Shown: in pieces, positions 54,652-64,000 of the stretch | Layout: each line of letters begins with the position of its first letter | How positions within the stretch are numbered: position 1 is the first letter of the stretch | Source: an uncultured delta proteobacterium | GTDB lineage: Bacteria; Desulfobacterota; Desulfobacteria; Desulfobacterales; Desulfosalsimonadaceae | Direction: 5' to 3' | Length of the DNA stretch: 64,000 nt | Assembly (NCBI GenBank): GCA_963826785.1 | Contig: CAWGYD010000010.1 | Coordinates: forward strand, 128,001-192,000 | Program-made: the position numbers and the translations under genes | The notes under the pieces: generated by a model | The model's database searches: none | Told to the model about the DNA's origin: nothing | The model's input: the letters and a program-made list of their open reading frames with translations, nothing else

Positions 54652-55374
54652 ATGGCCCTGCTGGCATTGAAAAATCTGGTGAAGATCTACCACAACCGCC
54701 GGGTAGTCGATTCGGTCAATCTGGATATTCACAGCGGAGAAGTGGTGGGACTGCTGGGGCCCAATGGCGCCGGCAAAACCACCACGTTTTATATGACCAT
54801 CGGCCTGATTAAGCCCGACAGCGGACAGGTGTATTTAAATGACGAGGATATCACGACCCTGCCCATGTACCGGCGGTCCAGAAAAGGCGTGGGATATCTT
54901 CCCCAGGAAGCGTCGGTTTTCAGAAAGCTCTCGGTGAGGGACAACCTCATGGTCATCCTGGAGGCGCTCGATATTAAAAAGGCGGAGCAGCGGAAAAAAT
55001 CGGAAGCACTTTTGGAGGAACTGGGGATCCTGCATCTGTACGACCAGAAAGCGGCCGTACTCTCCGGAGGTGAGCGCCGAAGACTCGAAATCACCCGGGC
55101 GCTGGCCACCGACCCCGCTTTTATCCTTCTGGACGAACCCTTTGCGGGGATTGACCCACTGGCGGTCATAGACATTCAGAACATCATCCTTCATCTTGCC
55201 AAGCGGGGAATCGGCGTGCTGATTTCCGATCACAACGTTCGGGAAACCCTGGGGGTGTGCGACAAGGCCTACATCGTGAATAACGGTCAGGTGATCGAGT
55301 CCGGATCTCCGCAGACGATTGCATCCAGCCCCACCGCCAGGGAAATTTACCTGGGGAATCAATTCAGGCTCTGA
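54652..55374 (+). CDS. lptB: LPS export ABC ATPase
   Basis: GPNGAGKTT, YLPQE, LSGGERRR, DEPFAGIDP, DHNVRETL. Confidence 0.96.
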   Translation: MALLALKNLVKIYHNRRVVDSVNLDIHSGEVVGLLGPNGAGKTTTFYMTIGLIKPDSGQVYLNDEDITTLPMYRRSRKGVGYLPQEASVFRKLSVRDNLMVILEALDIKKAEQRKKSEALLEELGILHLYDQKAAVLSGGERRRLEITRALATDPAFILLDEPFAGIDPLAVIDIQNIILHLAKRGIGVLISDHNVRETLGVCDKAYIVNNGQVIESGSPQTIASSPTAREIYLGNQFRL

Positions 55375-55375
55375 T

Positions 55376-56794
55376 ATGGCGATTGAATTACAACAGAATC
55401 TAAGACTCCAGCAGCAGCTGGTGATGACTCCGCAGTTGCAGATGGCGATCAAACTGCTGCAATTGTCCCGGCTGGAACTGGCCGATGTCATTCGCCAGGA
55501 AATGGAGAACAATCCGACGCTGGAAGAGTACCAGGAGCCCGAAGTCGAGATGGAGACCTATGAGTCGACGGATGAACCGGTCATGAAGGAAGTGTCCGTC
55601 GAGGAGAAGTTCGACAATTACATGGACTGGCAAAACTACCTGGATGAATACCATTCAACGGGAAAGATTCATTTCGAGAGTGAAAAAAAGGACGCGACTG
55701 ATTTTGAAGCCTTCACCACCAGCCGAACATCATTAGCAGACCACCTGCGCTGGCAGCTGCTGATGACCAAACCCACCCATGAAGACGAGATCATCGGCAG
55801 CCTGATCATTGGAAGTCTCAATGCTCAGGGGTATCTTGATCTTTCTGTGGATGAAATCAGCCGGATCAGCGGCGCAAGCCTGGAAAACGTTGAGCGGGTT
55901 CTGTCGGTCATGAAAACATTTGATCCGCCGGGGATCTGCTCGACCGACCTGCAGGAATGCCTCCTTTTACAGGTGGGGCTTCTTCAGATCGAAGACCCCC
56001 TGGTGGAACAGATCATCCGTTTCCATCTCAAAGATCTGGAAAACAAACGATACAAGATCATTGCCCGGACCTGTAAAACCAGCATCGACCACGTGGTCGC
56101 CGCCGTCAATGTCATCCGGCAGCTCGACCCCCGCCCCGGGGACAAATACAATGAAGAGCAGCAGATCTACATCGTCCCGGATGTCTACGTATACAAGGAA
56201 GAAGATGATTTCATCATCATACTCAACGACGATGACATGCCCCGGCTGCACATCAACTCTTATTACAAGCATGCCGTCCGAAAAGGACAGCCCATTGCCG
56301 ATGATGCCAAGATTTATCTCAAGGACCGGCTGCGATCCGCTGAATGGCTGATCAAAAGTATTCATCACCGGCGAAAAACCATTTACAATGTCATGGCCAG
56401 CATCATTAAATTCCAGCAGGATTTTTTCGATCACGGCATCTCCCATCTCAAACCGATGGTGCTCAGGGACGTGGCCGATGACATCAATATGCATGAATCC
56501 ACCATCAGCCGGGTGACCACCAACAAATACGCCTACACGCCCCAGGGTATCTTCGAACTCAAGTTTTTTTTCAACAGTTCCATCAACCGGCTAAACGGCG
56601 ATACCATCGCTTCTGCCAGCGTGCAGGACCGGATCCGGAAAATCATTGAAACCGAAAATCCCAAAAAGCCTTTCAGCGACAAAAAAATTGCCGAACTGCT
56701 ATCCTCAGCCGATATTGACATCGCCCGGCGCACGATTGCCAAGTACCGAGAAGCCATGGGAATTCTTCCATCCAGCAAACGAAAACAATTTTAG
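55376..56794 (+). CDS. rpoN: RNA polymerase sigma-54
   Basis: MTPQLQMAIKLLQL, HESTISR, RpoN box ARRTIAKYRE. Confidence 0.97.
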   Translation: MAIELQQNLRLQQQLVMTPQLQMAIKLLQLSRLELADVIRQEMENNPTLEEYQEPEVEMETYESTDEPVMKEVSVEEKFDNYMDWQNYLDEYHSTGKIHFESEKKDATDFEAFTTSRTSLADHLRWQLLMTKPTHEDEIIGSLIIGSLNAQGYLDLSVDEISRISGASLENVERVLSVMKTFDPPGICSTDLQECLLLQVGLLQIEDPLVEQIIRFHLKDLENKRYKIIARTCKTSIDHVVAAVNVIRQLDPRPGDKYNEEQQIYIVPDVYVYKEEDDFIIILNDDDMPRLHINSYYKHAVRKGQPIADDAKIYLKDRLRSAEWLIKSIHHRRKTIYNVMASIIKFQQDFFDHGISHLKPMVLRDVADDINMHESTISRVTTNKYAYTPQGIFELKFFFNSSINRLNGDTIASASVQDRIRKIIETENPKKPFSDKKIAELLSSADIDIARRTIAKYREAMGILPSSKRKQF

Positions 56795-56806
56795 GGAGGC
56801 TATTGA

Positions 56807-57337
56807 ATGCAGACATCCGTCACCTTTAAGAACATTGAACCTTCCGATCATTTGCGCAATTACGTCACCAGCAAGCTCGAAAAACTTGACAGACTACTGG
56901 AGAATCCGGCCGAAGCATCAGTGGTACTCACCGTTGAAAAAATCCGGCATATCGCCGAAATCAAGCTGACCGGAGACCGTTTGAATATCAACTGCCGTGA
57001 AGATACCAGCGACATGTACTCATCCATCGACATGGCGCTTGACAAACTCGAAAAACAGCTTAAAAAAAGCAAGCAGAAAGTTAAAAACCACCGCCAGGGT
57101 TTCCGAGCCGGATCCAAGCAGGGAACCATGGGCGCGGCGGTACCGGCGGAAGAAGCCGGAGGCCCGCGCATCCGGGTCCAGGACATTGAATATAAACCCA
57201 TGGACATAGAAGAAGCAAGCCTCCAGATGGACCTGATCGAAGACAGTTTTCTCGTTTTTATCAACGCCCGCACCAATCGGGTGAATGTGCTCTACCGGCG
57301 AAGCGATGGCGATCTGGGTCTGATTCAGCCTCTTTAG
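56807..57337 (+). CDS. hpf: Ribosome hibernation promoting factor (long form)
   Basis: DMYSSID...KLEKQL; C-terminal KPMDIEEA...NVLYRRSDG. Confidence 0.93.
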   Translation: MQTSVTFKNIEPSDHLRNYVTSKLEKLDRLLENPAEASVVLTVEKIRHIAEIKLTGDRLNINCREDTSDMYSSIDMALDKLEKQLKKSKQKVKNHRQGFRAGSKQGTMGAAVPAEEAGGPRIRVQDIEYKPMDIEEASLQMDLIEDSFLVFINARTNRVNVLYRRSDGDLGLIQPL

Positions 57338-57472
57338 CATCAGGGCGACTGGATGCAGAAGCGGCGATTCGTTTTTTGCAAACAGCCCGACAGATACCCA
57401 TATTTAACTAGTTACATACCCCGTTGCGGCAGCCACCCTGCCGCAACGTCAGCCCTGCGATGATGATCTTAA

Positions 57473-57931
57473 ATGAAAATACTTGATTTTCTGCATAGAG
57501 AAAGCATTATTCCCGAACTCAAAGCTTCGGATAAGAAAGGGGTGCTGGAAGAACTGACCCTTCCCGTTTCCTATATCACCCAGGCGGATCACAAGGAACT
57601 CGTCCGGGTGCTGATTGAGCGAGAGCACCTGGGCAGCACCGGGATCGGCAACGGTATTGGCATCCCGCACGGCAAAATGAAAGGGTTGACCTCTCTGGTA
57701 CTGGGCATTGGCCTGAGTAAAAAAGGCGTGAATTTCGATTCGCTGGATGGCAAACCCACGCACATCTTTTTCCTGCTGCTCACCCCTGAGAATTCAACGG
57801 GTCTTCACCTGAAGCTGCTGGCACGGATTTCAAAGCTTTTAAAAGAAGAAGCCTTCAAGGAAAAGCTGTTTTCCGCAAAAGATGAAGAAGAAGTTCTGCA
57901 GGCCATCCAGGAAGTCGATGACGATTTTTGA
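57473..57931 (+). CDS. ptsN: PTS IIA nitrogen-regulatory protein
   Basis: REHLGSTGIGNGIGIPH, FDSLDGKP, HLKLLARIS. Confidence 0.92.
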   Translation: MKILDFLHRESIIPELKASDKKGVLEELTLPVSYITQADHKELVRVLIEREHLGSTGIGNGIGIPHGKMKGLTSLVLGIGLSKKGVNFDSLDGKPTHIFFLLLTPENSTGLHLKLLARISKLLKEEAFKEKLFSAKDEEEVLQAIQEVDDDF

Positions 57932-57998
57932 TTCAGCGCATCCCTCTCACAGGAAGCATCGCCGCCATGATGACCGCATCAATCTCCAAGCTGATCCA

Positions 57999-58868
57999 AT
58001 GAAAAAGCTTAAAATCATCATCATCACCGGCCTTTCCGGGTCCGGTAAAAGCATTTCCATTGCCGCCCTGGAAGACGCGGGATTTTACTGCGTCGACAAT
58101 ATGCCGGTCAAGCTCCTCCCGAAGTTTCTGGAGCTGCCCATCCAAAAGGCCTCTGAAATCAAGGGGCTCGGATTTGTGATGGACCTTCGGGAAAAAAGTT
58201 TTGTGTCCGCCTGTCCGGGGGTCTTTGATGAACTGCGTAAGCGGGGGTACGATTTCGATATCCTGTTTCTCGAAGCGGATGAAACCACCCTGCTGAAACG
58301 CTACAGCCAGACACGGCGCCATCACCCCCTGACTCAGGACAAATCCCTCCTGGAAGGCATCCGGGTGGAAAAAACACTGATGGCGCCCCTGCGGTCTGCT
58401 GCAACCCGCATCATCAATACCACGGATACGAATATTCATGATTTGAAATCGATCATCTTCAACATCGCCCGGGAACGCATCGAATTTGTCCCCATGCGGA
58501 TCAATATCGTCTCATTCGGTTTCAAGCACGGGACTCCGCATGAGGCCGATCTGATCATGGATGTCCGATTCCTGGGCAACCCGTATTTCGTGAGCCGGCT
58601 TAAACCGCTTGATGGCAGAAACGACGAAGTCAAACACTTTGTCTTGAACAATCCCGTGGCCCGGACGTTTATCCACAAATTTCTGGACATGATCGACTTT
58701 TTGCTTCCCCTTTACGAAAAGGAGGGGAAGGCATACCTGACGGTCGCCATCGGGTGCACCGGCGGACAGCACCGGTCGGTATCCATTGCCGAGGCGATTT
58801 ACGAACACATCCGGCAGCCGGGCCGCCCCATCAATATCACCCATCGGGATATTGATTCAAAAATTTAA
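57999..58868 (+). CDS. rapZ: RNase adapter RapZ
   Basis: GLSGSGKS, CVDN, SFGFKHG, DVRFL, GCTGGQHRSV. Confidence 0.95.
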   Translation: MKKLKIIIITGLSGSGKSISIAALEDAGFYCVDNMPVKLLPKFLELPIQKASEIKGLGFVMDLREKSFVSACPGVFDELRKRGYDFDILFLEADETTLLKRYSQTRRHHPLTQDKSLLEGIRVEKTLMAPLRSAATRIINTTDTNIHDLKSIIFNIARERIEFVPMRINIVSFGFKHGTPHEADLIMDVRFLGNPYFVSRLKPLDGRNDEVKHFVLNNPVARTFIHKFLDMIDFLLPLYEKEGKAYLTVAIGCTGGQHRSVSIAEAIYEHIRQPGRPINITHRDIDSKI

Positions 58869-58882
58869 CATCAGGATGACAT

Positions 58883-59299
58883 ATGGTCGGAATCGTAATT
58901 GTCACACACGGAAATCTTGGCGAAATCCTCATTGAAACCGCTCAAATCATCTTCGGCAAACCACTGGAGGGGACGGTTGCGGTATCCATTGATCTAAAAG
59001 ACGACGTTGAAATGCTCAGGAAAAAGATCCATGCCTGTATCAAGTCGGTCAACAAAAACAAAGGGATTCTGATATTGACGGACATGTTTGGCGGAACCCC
59101 ATCCAACCTGAGCTATTCTTTTCTGGAAGAGGGCCGCATCGAGGTGCTTTCCGGGGTCAACCTCCCCCTGCTGATCAAAGCCGTCAATTTCCGGCAGAAG
59201 GAGAGCGATCTTCACAAACTGGCAAAAATCATCGAGGAATACGGGAAAAAAAGCATATCGCTGGCCAGTGATATCCTGAAGGGGAACAAGCGGAGTTGA
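58883..59299 (+). CDS. PTS mannose/fructose-type IIA component
   Basis: IVTHG, DMFGGTPSN, GVNLPLL. Confidence 0.92.
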   Translation: MVGIVIVTHGNLGEILIETAQIIFGKPLEGTVAVSIDLKDDVEMLRKKIHACIKSVNKNKGILILTDMFGGTPSNLSYSFLEEGRIEVLSGVNLPLLIKAVNFRQKESDLHKLAKIIEEYGKKSISLASDILKGNKRS

Positions 59300-59309
59300 G
59301 GCAGCCGCC

Positions 59310-59789
59310 ATGCCGATCGTCAAGATGTCTATAAACGATATCGAACCGGTGGTCGCCATCGAGCGGGCCTCCTTTCCGAATCCATGGAGCACGCAATGCT
59401 TTATGGACGAGCTTGCCTGCCCCACTGCGCATGCGTTTGTCCGTAAGGACCGTACCGCGGCTGGAGAATCCGTCAGCGCCTACATGTGCCTGCGGAACAT
59501 TTTCGATGAAATCCATATCTTGAAAATCGCGGTTAAACCCGACAACCGAAAACGGGGGATTGCCGCCGGATTGATCCGGCACTGCCTTGATCAGGTGGCC
59601 ATGACAGAGGCGGTGGCGGTGCTGGAAGTCCGGCCATCCAATGGCGCCGGGTTGGCGCTGTACCGCAAGCTCGGGTTTATCCAGGCGGGTGTGCGGCCGA
59701 GGTACTATACCGATACCGGCGAAGATGCCATCATCATGTATAAACATATTACACAAGGAGGATTACATGACCATCAAGCTTGGAATTAA
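59310..59789 (+). CDS. rimI: Ribosomal-protein-alanine N-acetyltransferase
   Basis: IERASFPNPW, LEVRPSN, RPRYY...EDAIIM; 3' end overlaps gap. Confidence 0.88.
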   Translation: MPIVKMSINDIEPVVAIERASFPNPWSTQCFMDELACPTAHAFVRKDRTAAGESVSAYMCLRNIFDEIHILKIAVKPDNRKRGIAAGLIRHCLDQVAMTEAVAVLEVRPSNGAGLALYRKLGFIQAGVRPRYYTDTGEDAIIMYKHITQGGLHDHQAWN

Positions 59790-60771
59790 TGGAATGGGCA
59801 GAATCGGGAGGATGGTTTTCCGGGCGGCGCTCAAACGGTCCGATATCGAAATCGTGGCCGTCAACGATTTAATGGATCCGGCCACCATTGCCCATCTGCT
59901 CATCTATGATTCGGTGCATGACAAACTCGACGCGCAGATCACACCGAAGGAAAACGCCATTGAAGTGAACAACCGGACCATTTCGGTATTCGCAAAGAGA
60001 GATCCGTCGGAAATTCCCTGGGGTGATTTCAAAACAGATATCGTTGCGGAATGCACCGGCCTTTTCCGGGATCGGCAGAACGCGGCAAAGCATTTAACCG
60101 GCGGCGCGCGCAAGGTCATCATTTCCGCACCGGCCAAAGATCCGGATGCCACCATCGTCATGGGGGTCAATGACCGGACATATAATCCGGCAGCCCACCA
60201 CATCGTGTCAAACGCTTCCTGCACCACCAATTGCCTGGCCCCCATTGCCAAGGTCATCAATGAACAGTTCGGCATCATCTGCGGACTGATGACCACCGTC
60301 CATGCCTATACGGGTGACCAGCGGCTGCTGGATGCGCCGCATAAGGATCTCAGAAGGGCCCGGGCAGCGGCGCTTTCCATGGTACCCACCACCACCGGTG
60401 CGGCCAAAGCGGTCGGACTGGTGCTCCCGGAATTAAACGGCAAATTAAACGGCCTTTCCATCCGTGTTCCCACCCCCAACGTATCCCTTGTGGATCTGGT
60501 GGCAACCATTCAAAAAGACGGCATAACGGTTGATGATATAAATGCCGAATTTAAAAAGGCTTCTGAAACATCCCTCAAAGGCATTTTAGGATATTGTGAC
60601 CTGCCGCTGGTGTCCAAAGATTTTAACGGATCAACGCTTTCGTCCATCGTGGATGCGCCCAACACCTACGTGGTCGGCAACATGGTCAAAGTCCTGTCCT
60701 GGTACGACAATGAATCCGGTTATTCAGAGCGCATGGTCGATCTGGCGGAAATGATCGGAAAATCGCTGTAG
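59767..60771 (+). CDS. gap: Type I glyceraldehyde-3-phosphate dehydrogenase
   Basis: GINGMGRIGR, SNASCTTNCL, WYDNE; AGGAGG RBS. Confidence 0.97.
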   Translation: MTIKLGINGMGRIGRMVFRAALKRSDIEIVAVNDLMDPATIAHLLIYDSVHDKLDAQITPKENAIEVNNRTISVFAKRDPSEIPWGDFKTDIVAECTGLFRDRQNAAKHLTGGARKVIISAPAKDPDATIVMGVNDRTYNPAAHHIVSNASCTTNCLAPIAKVINEQFGIICGLMTTVHAYTGDQRLLDAPHKDLRRARAAALSMVPTTTGAAKAVGLVLPELNGKLNGLSIRVPTPNVSLVDLVATIQKDGITVDDINAEFKKASETSLKGILGYCDLPLVSKDFNGSTLSSIVDAPNTYVVGNMVKVLSWYDNESGYSERMVDLAEMIGKSL

Positions 60772-60899
60772 CCATCCAGCCGGTTTTCACATCGGCGTTT
60801 CTCCTTTGAGAAATGCCTTTGCAACTACAGACAGAGATGATCATATATTTATATTGATTTACACTGCCTTGATTTACCCATCCCAGACAGGAGGTGTTC

Positions 60900-61655
60900 A
60901 TGCAGGAACGCAGGCCGTTTATTGCCGGCAACTGGAAGATGTATAAAACCCCTGCCGAGTCGGTCCAGACCGTACGGCAGCTGATCCCGATGGTATCTGA
61001 TATCCGGGAAACGGATATTATGATCGCACCCCCCTTCCCTGCGCTTGCGGCAGTGGGAGAGATGCTCAAAGGATCGAATATCGCCCTTGGCGGTCAGAAC
61101 ATGTTCTGGGAAAATGAAGGTGCCTATACAGGAGAAGTCTCACCTGGAATGCTCACGGCCGCCGGCTGCACTTACGTCATCATCGGCCATTCGGAAAGAC
61201 GGCAGTTCTTCGGTGAAACAGACCAAACCGTCAACAAAAAATTAAAAGCGGCCGCTGCCGCAAAACTGGTTGCCATCATGTGCGTCGGTGAAACGGAACA
61301 GCAGCGGGACGCGGAAAAAACATTTTCCGTACTTGACAAACAAATGGAAAAAGGGTTAGAAGGGCTTTCTTTAACAGAAGATTTGCTTCCGGTGATTGCT
61401 TATGAACCGGTATGGGCCATCGGCACGGGAAAAACGGCCAAGCCCGAACAGGTCCAGGAAGTGCATGCCTATCTGCGGAAATTCCTTGGCAATCGCTTTG
61501 GAAATGCGCTTGCAAATCGCATCCGCATCCTGTATGGAGGGAGCGTAAAACCGGACAACATTTCAGGTCTGATGGCCCTTGAAGATGTGGACGGCGCCCT
61601 GGTGGGGGGCGCAAGCCTGGACCCTGAAAAGTTTGCCGGCATCATTCATTTTTAA
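60900..61655 (+). CDS. tpiA: Triosephosphate isomerase
   Basis: AGNWKM, GHSERR, AYEPVWAIGTG, YGGSV, VGGASL. Confidence 0.98.
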   Translation: MQERRPFIAGNWKMYKTPAESVQTVRQLIPMVSDIRETDIMIAPPFPALAAVGEMLKGSNIALGGQNMFWENEGAYTGEVSPGMLTAAGCTYVIIGHSERRQFFGETDQTVNKKLKAAAAAKLVAIMCVGETEQQRDAEKTFSVLDKQMEKGLEGLSLTEDLLPVIAYEPVWAIGTGKTAKPEQVQEVHAYLRKFLGNRFGNALANRIRILYGGSVKPDNISGLMALEDVDGALVGGASLDPEKFAGIIHF

Positions 61656-61679
61656 ATTTCAACCGAATGGAAGAAAATC

Positions 61680-62099
61680 ATGACCGCTTTGATTGTTATT
61701 ATTCACATCATTGTCTGCCTCGCCCTGATTCTGATTGTTCTGCTGCAGACAGGCAAGGGGGCGGATATGGGTGCGGTATTCGGCGGCGCCGGGAGTCAGA
61801 CCCTTTTCGGCAGCACGGGGGCCACCACGTTTCTGACCAAACTGACGACAATTGCAGCCATCGTATTCATGCTGACCTCCCTGAGTCTGGCTTATATTGG
61901 AAAGAGTGGAAATAAATCCATCGTCTCGGATGTCAAGACAGAATCCCAGATGCCGCCGCAGCAGTCACCTCTGCCCGGCCCCGTTCCCCAGGAGCAGCAG
62001 GCCGCGCCGGCCCAGCAGCCGACTGTGACCCAGCCGGAAGCCGCGCCGCCCGTCTCCCCCGGCCCTGCATCGAAACCCGCGGAGCAACCGTCAGAATAA
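61680..62099 (+). CDS. secG: Preprotein translocase SecG with Pro/Gln-rich tail
   Basis: VLLQTGKGADMGAVFGGAGSQTLFG. Confidence 0.95.
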   Translation: MTALIVIIHIIVCLALILIVLLQTGKGADMGAVFGGAGSQTLFGSTGATTFLTKLTTIAAIVFMLTSLSLAYIGKSGNKSIVSDVKTESQMPPQQSPLPGPVPQEQQAAPAQQPTVTQPEAAPPVSPGPASKPAEQPSE

Positions 62100-62122
62100 A
62101 CGCAGCAATATGAGAGAAAATC

Positions 62123-62208
62123 GCCGAAGTGGTGGAATTGGTAGACACGCTATCTTGAGGGGGTAGTGGGTTACGCCCGTGCCGGTTCAAATCCGGCCTT
62201 CGGCACCA
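62123..62208 (+). tRNA. tRNA-Leu(GAG)
   Basis: GCCGAAG acceptor stem, GGAATTGGTAGAC D loop, anticodon GAG (62157-62159), long variable arm, GTTCAAATCC, encoded CCA. Confidence 0.96.
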
Positions 62209-62215
62209 TTCATAT

Positions 62216-62249
62216 AAAAAAGGCCTATGCAGCAGCATAGGCCTTTTTT
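62216..62249. terminator. Rho-independent (bidirectional) terminator
   Basis: A-run, ggcctatgc-agca-gcataggcc, T-run. Confidence 0.9.
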
Positions 62250-62312
62250 ACTATCAAACGAAAACGGTCATCATAAGACGACTTAGATTTTTATTTACTG
62301 ATGCTGAATCGA

Positions 62313-62465
62313 ATGATTAAAAATCTGCACTTCTATCTGGTCAGGCTGCCGTTTATTTACCTGGCCATCCCCATCGGGTTTATTTTCGAATTTCTGATCA
62401 CTTTCCCCTATGTGGTCATGTGCGAAATTGACAGAAAATGCCGGCAGAAGCGCAACCGGAAATAA
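62313..62465 (+). CDS. Putative 50-aa single-pass membrane microprotein (below the ORF-track cutoff)
   Basis: MIKNLHFYLVRLPFIYLAIPIGFIFEFLITFPYVVMCEIDRKCRQKRNRK; in-frame upstream ATG at 62301. Confidence 0.45.
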   Translation: MIKNLHFYLVRLPFIYLAIPIGFIFEFLITFPYVVMCEIDRKCRQKRNRK

Positions 62466-62473
62466 TCAGGCAA

Positions 62474-62863
62474 TTATACGCCCTCAGTCTCCATGCCGGG
62501 GCTCTCCATCCGGTTCATCTTTGCCACGATACATTTTTGAAGCTGCCGCATATCAATCTGATTGAACTTGATTCCTACACCCTCTCCTGTTTTTCGAACC
62601 GTTTCACCCAGGGCGATGATCCTGAGTCCCGAAAGTTTGACTTTTGGATCGAAATCGATCATGATTTCGGCTCTTGCCGGCACCGGTACAGATTCCGATG
62701 TCAATAGAAACATTCCCGCCGCCCCTAAATCCTCGACCCGGCCCGTGATGGTGACAAAGCTTCTGGAATGAGCGTTCCCGAAGGTATCCTGCACTTTGAT
62801 AGTGGCAACTATATCCGGCCATACCTGACTGCGGGTGCTCTTTCGAACGGGTTTTTTATTCAT
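62474..62863 (-). CDS. PilZ domain protein
   Basis: RKSTR (RxxxR), DLGAAG, VRKTGEGVGIKF. Confidence 0.8.
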   Translation of the reverse strand: MNKKPVRKSTRSQVWPDIVATIKVQDTFGNAHSRSFVTITGRVEDLGAAGMFLLTSESVPVPARAEIMIDFDPKVKLSGLRIIALGETVRKTGEGVGIKFNQIDMRQLQKCIVAKMNRMESPGMETEGV

Positions 62864-62892
62864 TTCCGCTCCTGTTTTCAAAATTTAAAATA

Positions 62893-63147
62893 TCATCCAA
62901 GCAACTTGTCGAGTTTATTTTCCCTGTCCATGCGCGATAGATCATCATAACCACCAATATGCTGATTATCAATGAAAATCTGGGGCACAGTCCTGCAGCC
63001 GCCGCTTTTGGAGACCGCCTCTGCTGCAAATTGAGGTTTTTCGTCCACATTGATCTCTTGATACGACACGCCTTTTGCATCCAACAGTTTCTTGGCGCGG
63101 ATACAGTAGGGACAAGCGTTGGATGAATAAATGATAATTTCTGCCAT
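62893..63147 (-). CDS. grxC: Glutaredoxin 3
   Basis: CPYC, TVPQIFI, GGYDDL. Confidence 0.93.
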   Translation of the reverse strand: MAEIIIYSSNACPYCIRAKKLLDAKGVSYQEINVDEKPQFAAEAVSKSGGCRTVPQIFIDNQHIGGYDDLSRMDRENKLDKLLG

Positions 63148-63286
63148 CAAATAAAATCCCTTTCTTTCATTTTGCATTCAATTGCAGTCTGACCCGGGTG
63201 ACAAATTTAAACCCATAAACTTTGCTGCCCTCGTATCAGCCTGTGTCTCATCCTGAATGTGAAATGGATCACATCAACACCCCTCA

Positions 63287-64000
63287 TTATACCTCATTTA
63301 AGATGGAGACAAACTGCCGCCATTTTTCCCTGAAGCGGTCGCCGGGCATGCTGTCCAAAGTTCTCAGTTCCAGGGTGGGCCCTTTAAGGTTGAACCGAAC
63401 ATCCGTAAATATGGTGGTCATGTGAGATAAGAAGGCTTCAAAAGACTCGATTCTGCGCATGCGGGAAAGATACTTCTTCGCCGAGCACCTGAGCATTCAG
63501 TGCAAAACGGACCAGTCTCTGGATCAACTGCCGGGGGGTGGCAAGTTCAGCAAAGCAGCAGGGCGGCCGCCCGCAGCGGGTGGGATCCGTGTGATCCCAT
63601 ATGTCTTTCCGGTCCGGCGACATTTTAAATGCATCGCTGTCGGAAAGCCGGCAAAGGGTCTGAAACAGGGGCAGCAGATCTTCATCATCAGATATTTTCA
63701 CGTGTAAATGAATGGAGGCCGTTCCTTTCATCATTTCCAACCCCCGCGTGCCGGCCCTGGACAGACGCGCCTGCAAATTCATGTATCGATCCGTGGTCAG
63801 GCACAGGGGCATATCCGCACGCCCGGGCAGATATCCGGTGGCCAGATAAGTGATTCCCAGTTCATTTTGAATTTGCCGATTGATCTCATCGATGTAATAG
63901 AGCAGGAAATCAAACAGCCGATCATCATTATCCGTGATTGGCGGACTCAGGTATTCAATCTGTCCGCCCGGCTCAAATGTCACGCGCAGCCCGAATGCGG
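63287..64000 (-). CDS. Glutamate-cysteine ligase (GCS2/GshA-like), 5' part outside the window, apparent +1 frameshift near 63445
   Basis: TFEPGGQIEY, MMKGTASIHLHV and IWDHTDPTRCG in one frame; HMTTIFTDVR and TLELRTLDS in the next. Confidence 0.75.

Noticed and set aside
63438..63440. TGA as selenocysteine or readthrough in the ligase gene
   Set aside because: The coding sequence continues in a different frame, so a frameshift explains it.
62123..64000. Prophage or integrative element at tRNA-Leu
   Set aside because: No integrase and no duplicated tRNA 3' end visible within the window.

Overview
Chromosomal window from a GC-rich Gram-negative anaerobe. Gene content suggests Desulfobacterota or a related deltaproteobacterium; this is inferred, not searched. 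No CRISPR array, rRNA, integrase or transposase is visible. (1) 1.5-16 kb: a co-directional envelope locus with an AsmA/YdbH-like bridge protein, a lipidated YdbL/DUF1318 protein, a giant (~2,850 aa once two frameshifts are repaired) signal-peptide TolB-propeller/TPR/pseudo-CHAT/TPR/CHAT caspase-like protease, a secreted SH3 protein and an M48 metalloprotease. This is the best candidate for an undescribed system, and several members share a short Arg-Gly motif. (2) 16-24 kb: metallophosphoesterase, PilZ-like/HEAT protein, AmrA, 3D lipoprotein, radical SAM, short rpsA. (3) 24.4-38.5 kb: a TetR-headed methylmalonyl-CoA pathway cluster (mce, mutase, meaB, carboxyltransferase subunits, sucCD, sdhCAB). 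(4) 38.6-52 kb: GAF-PilB ATPase, GNAT-nitrilase, ABC-F, sigma54 regulator, pyrC, pyrB, lepB, DUF39, M23. (5) 52-62.2 kb: kdsA-kdsC-lptCAB-rpoN-hpf-ptsN-rapZ-EIIA-rimI-gap-tpiA-secG-tRNA-Leu. (6) End: PilZ protein, grxC and a partial glutamate-cysteine ligase. Six single-base frameshifts in five unrelated genes suggest assembly indels rather than true pseudogenes. All family calls come from motif recognition by eye.
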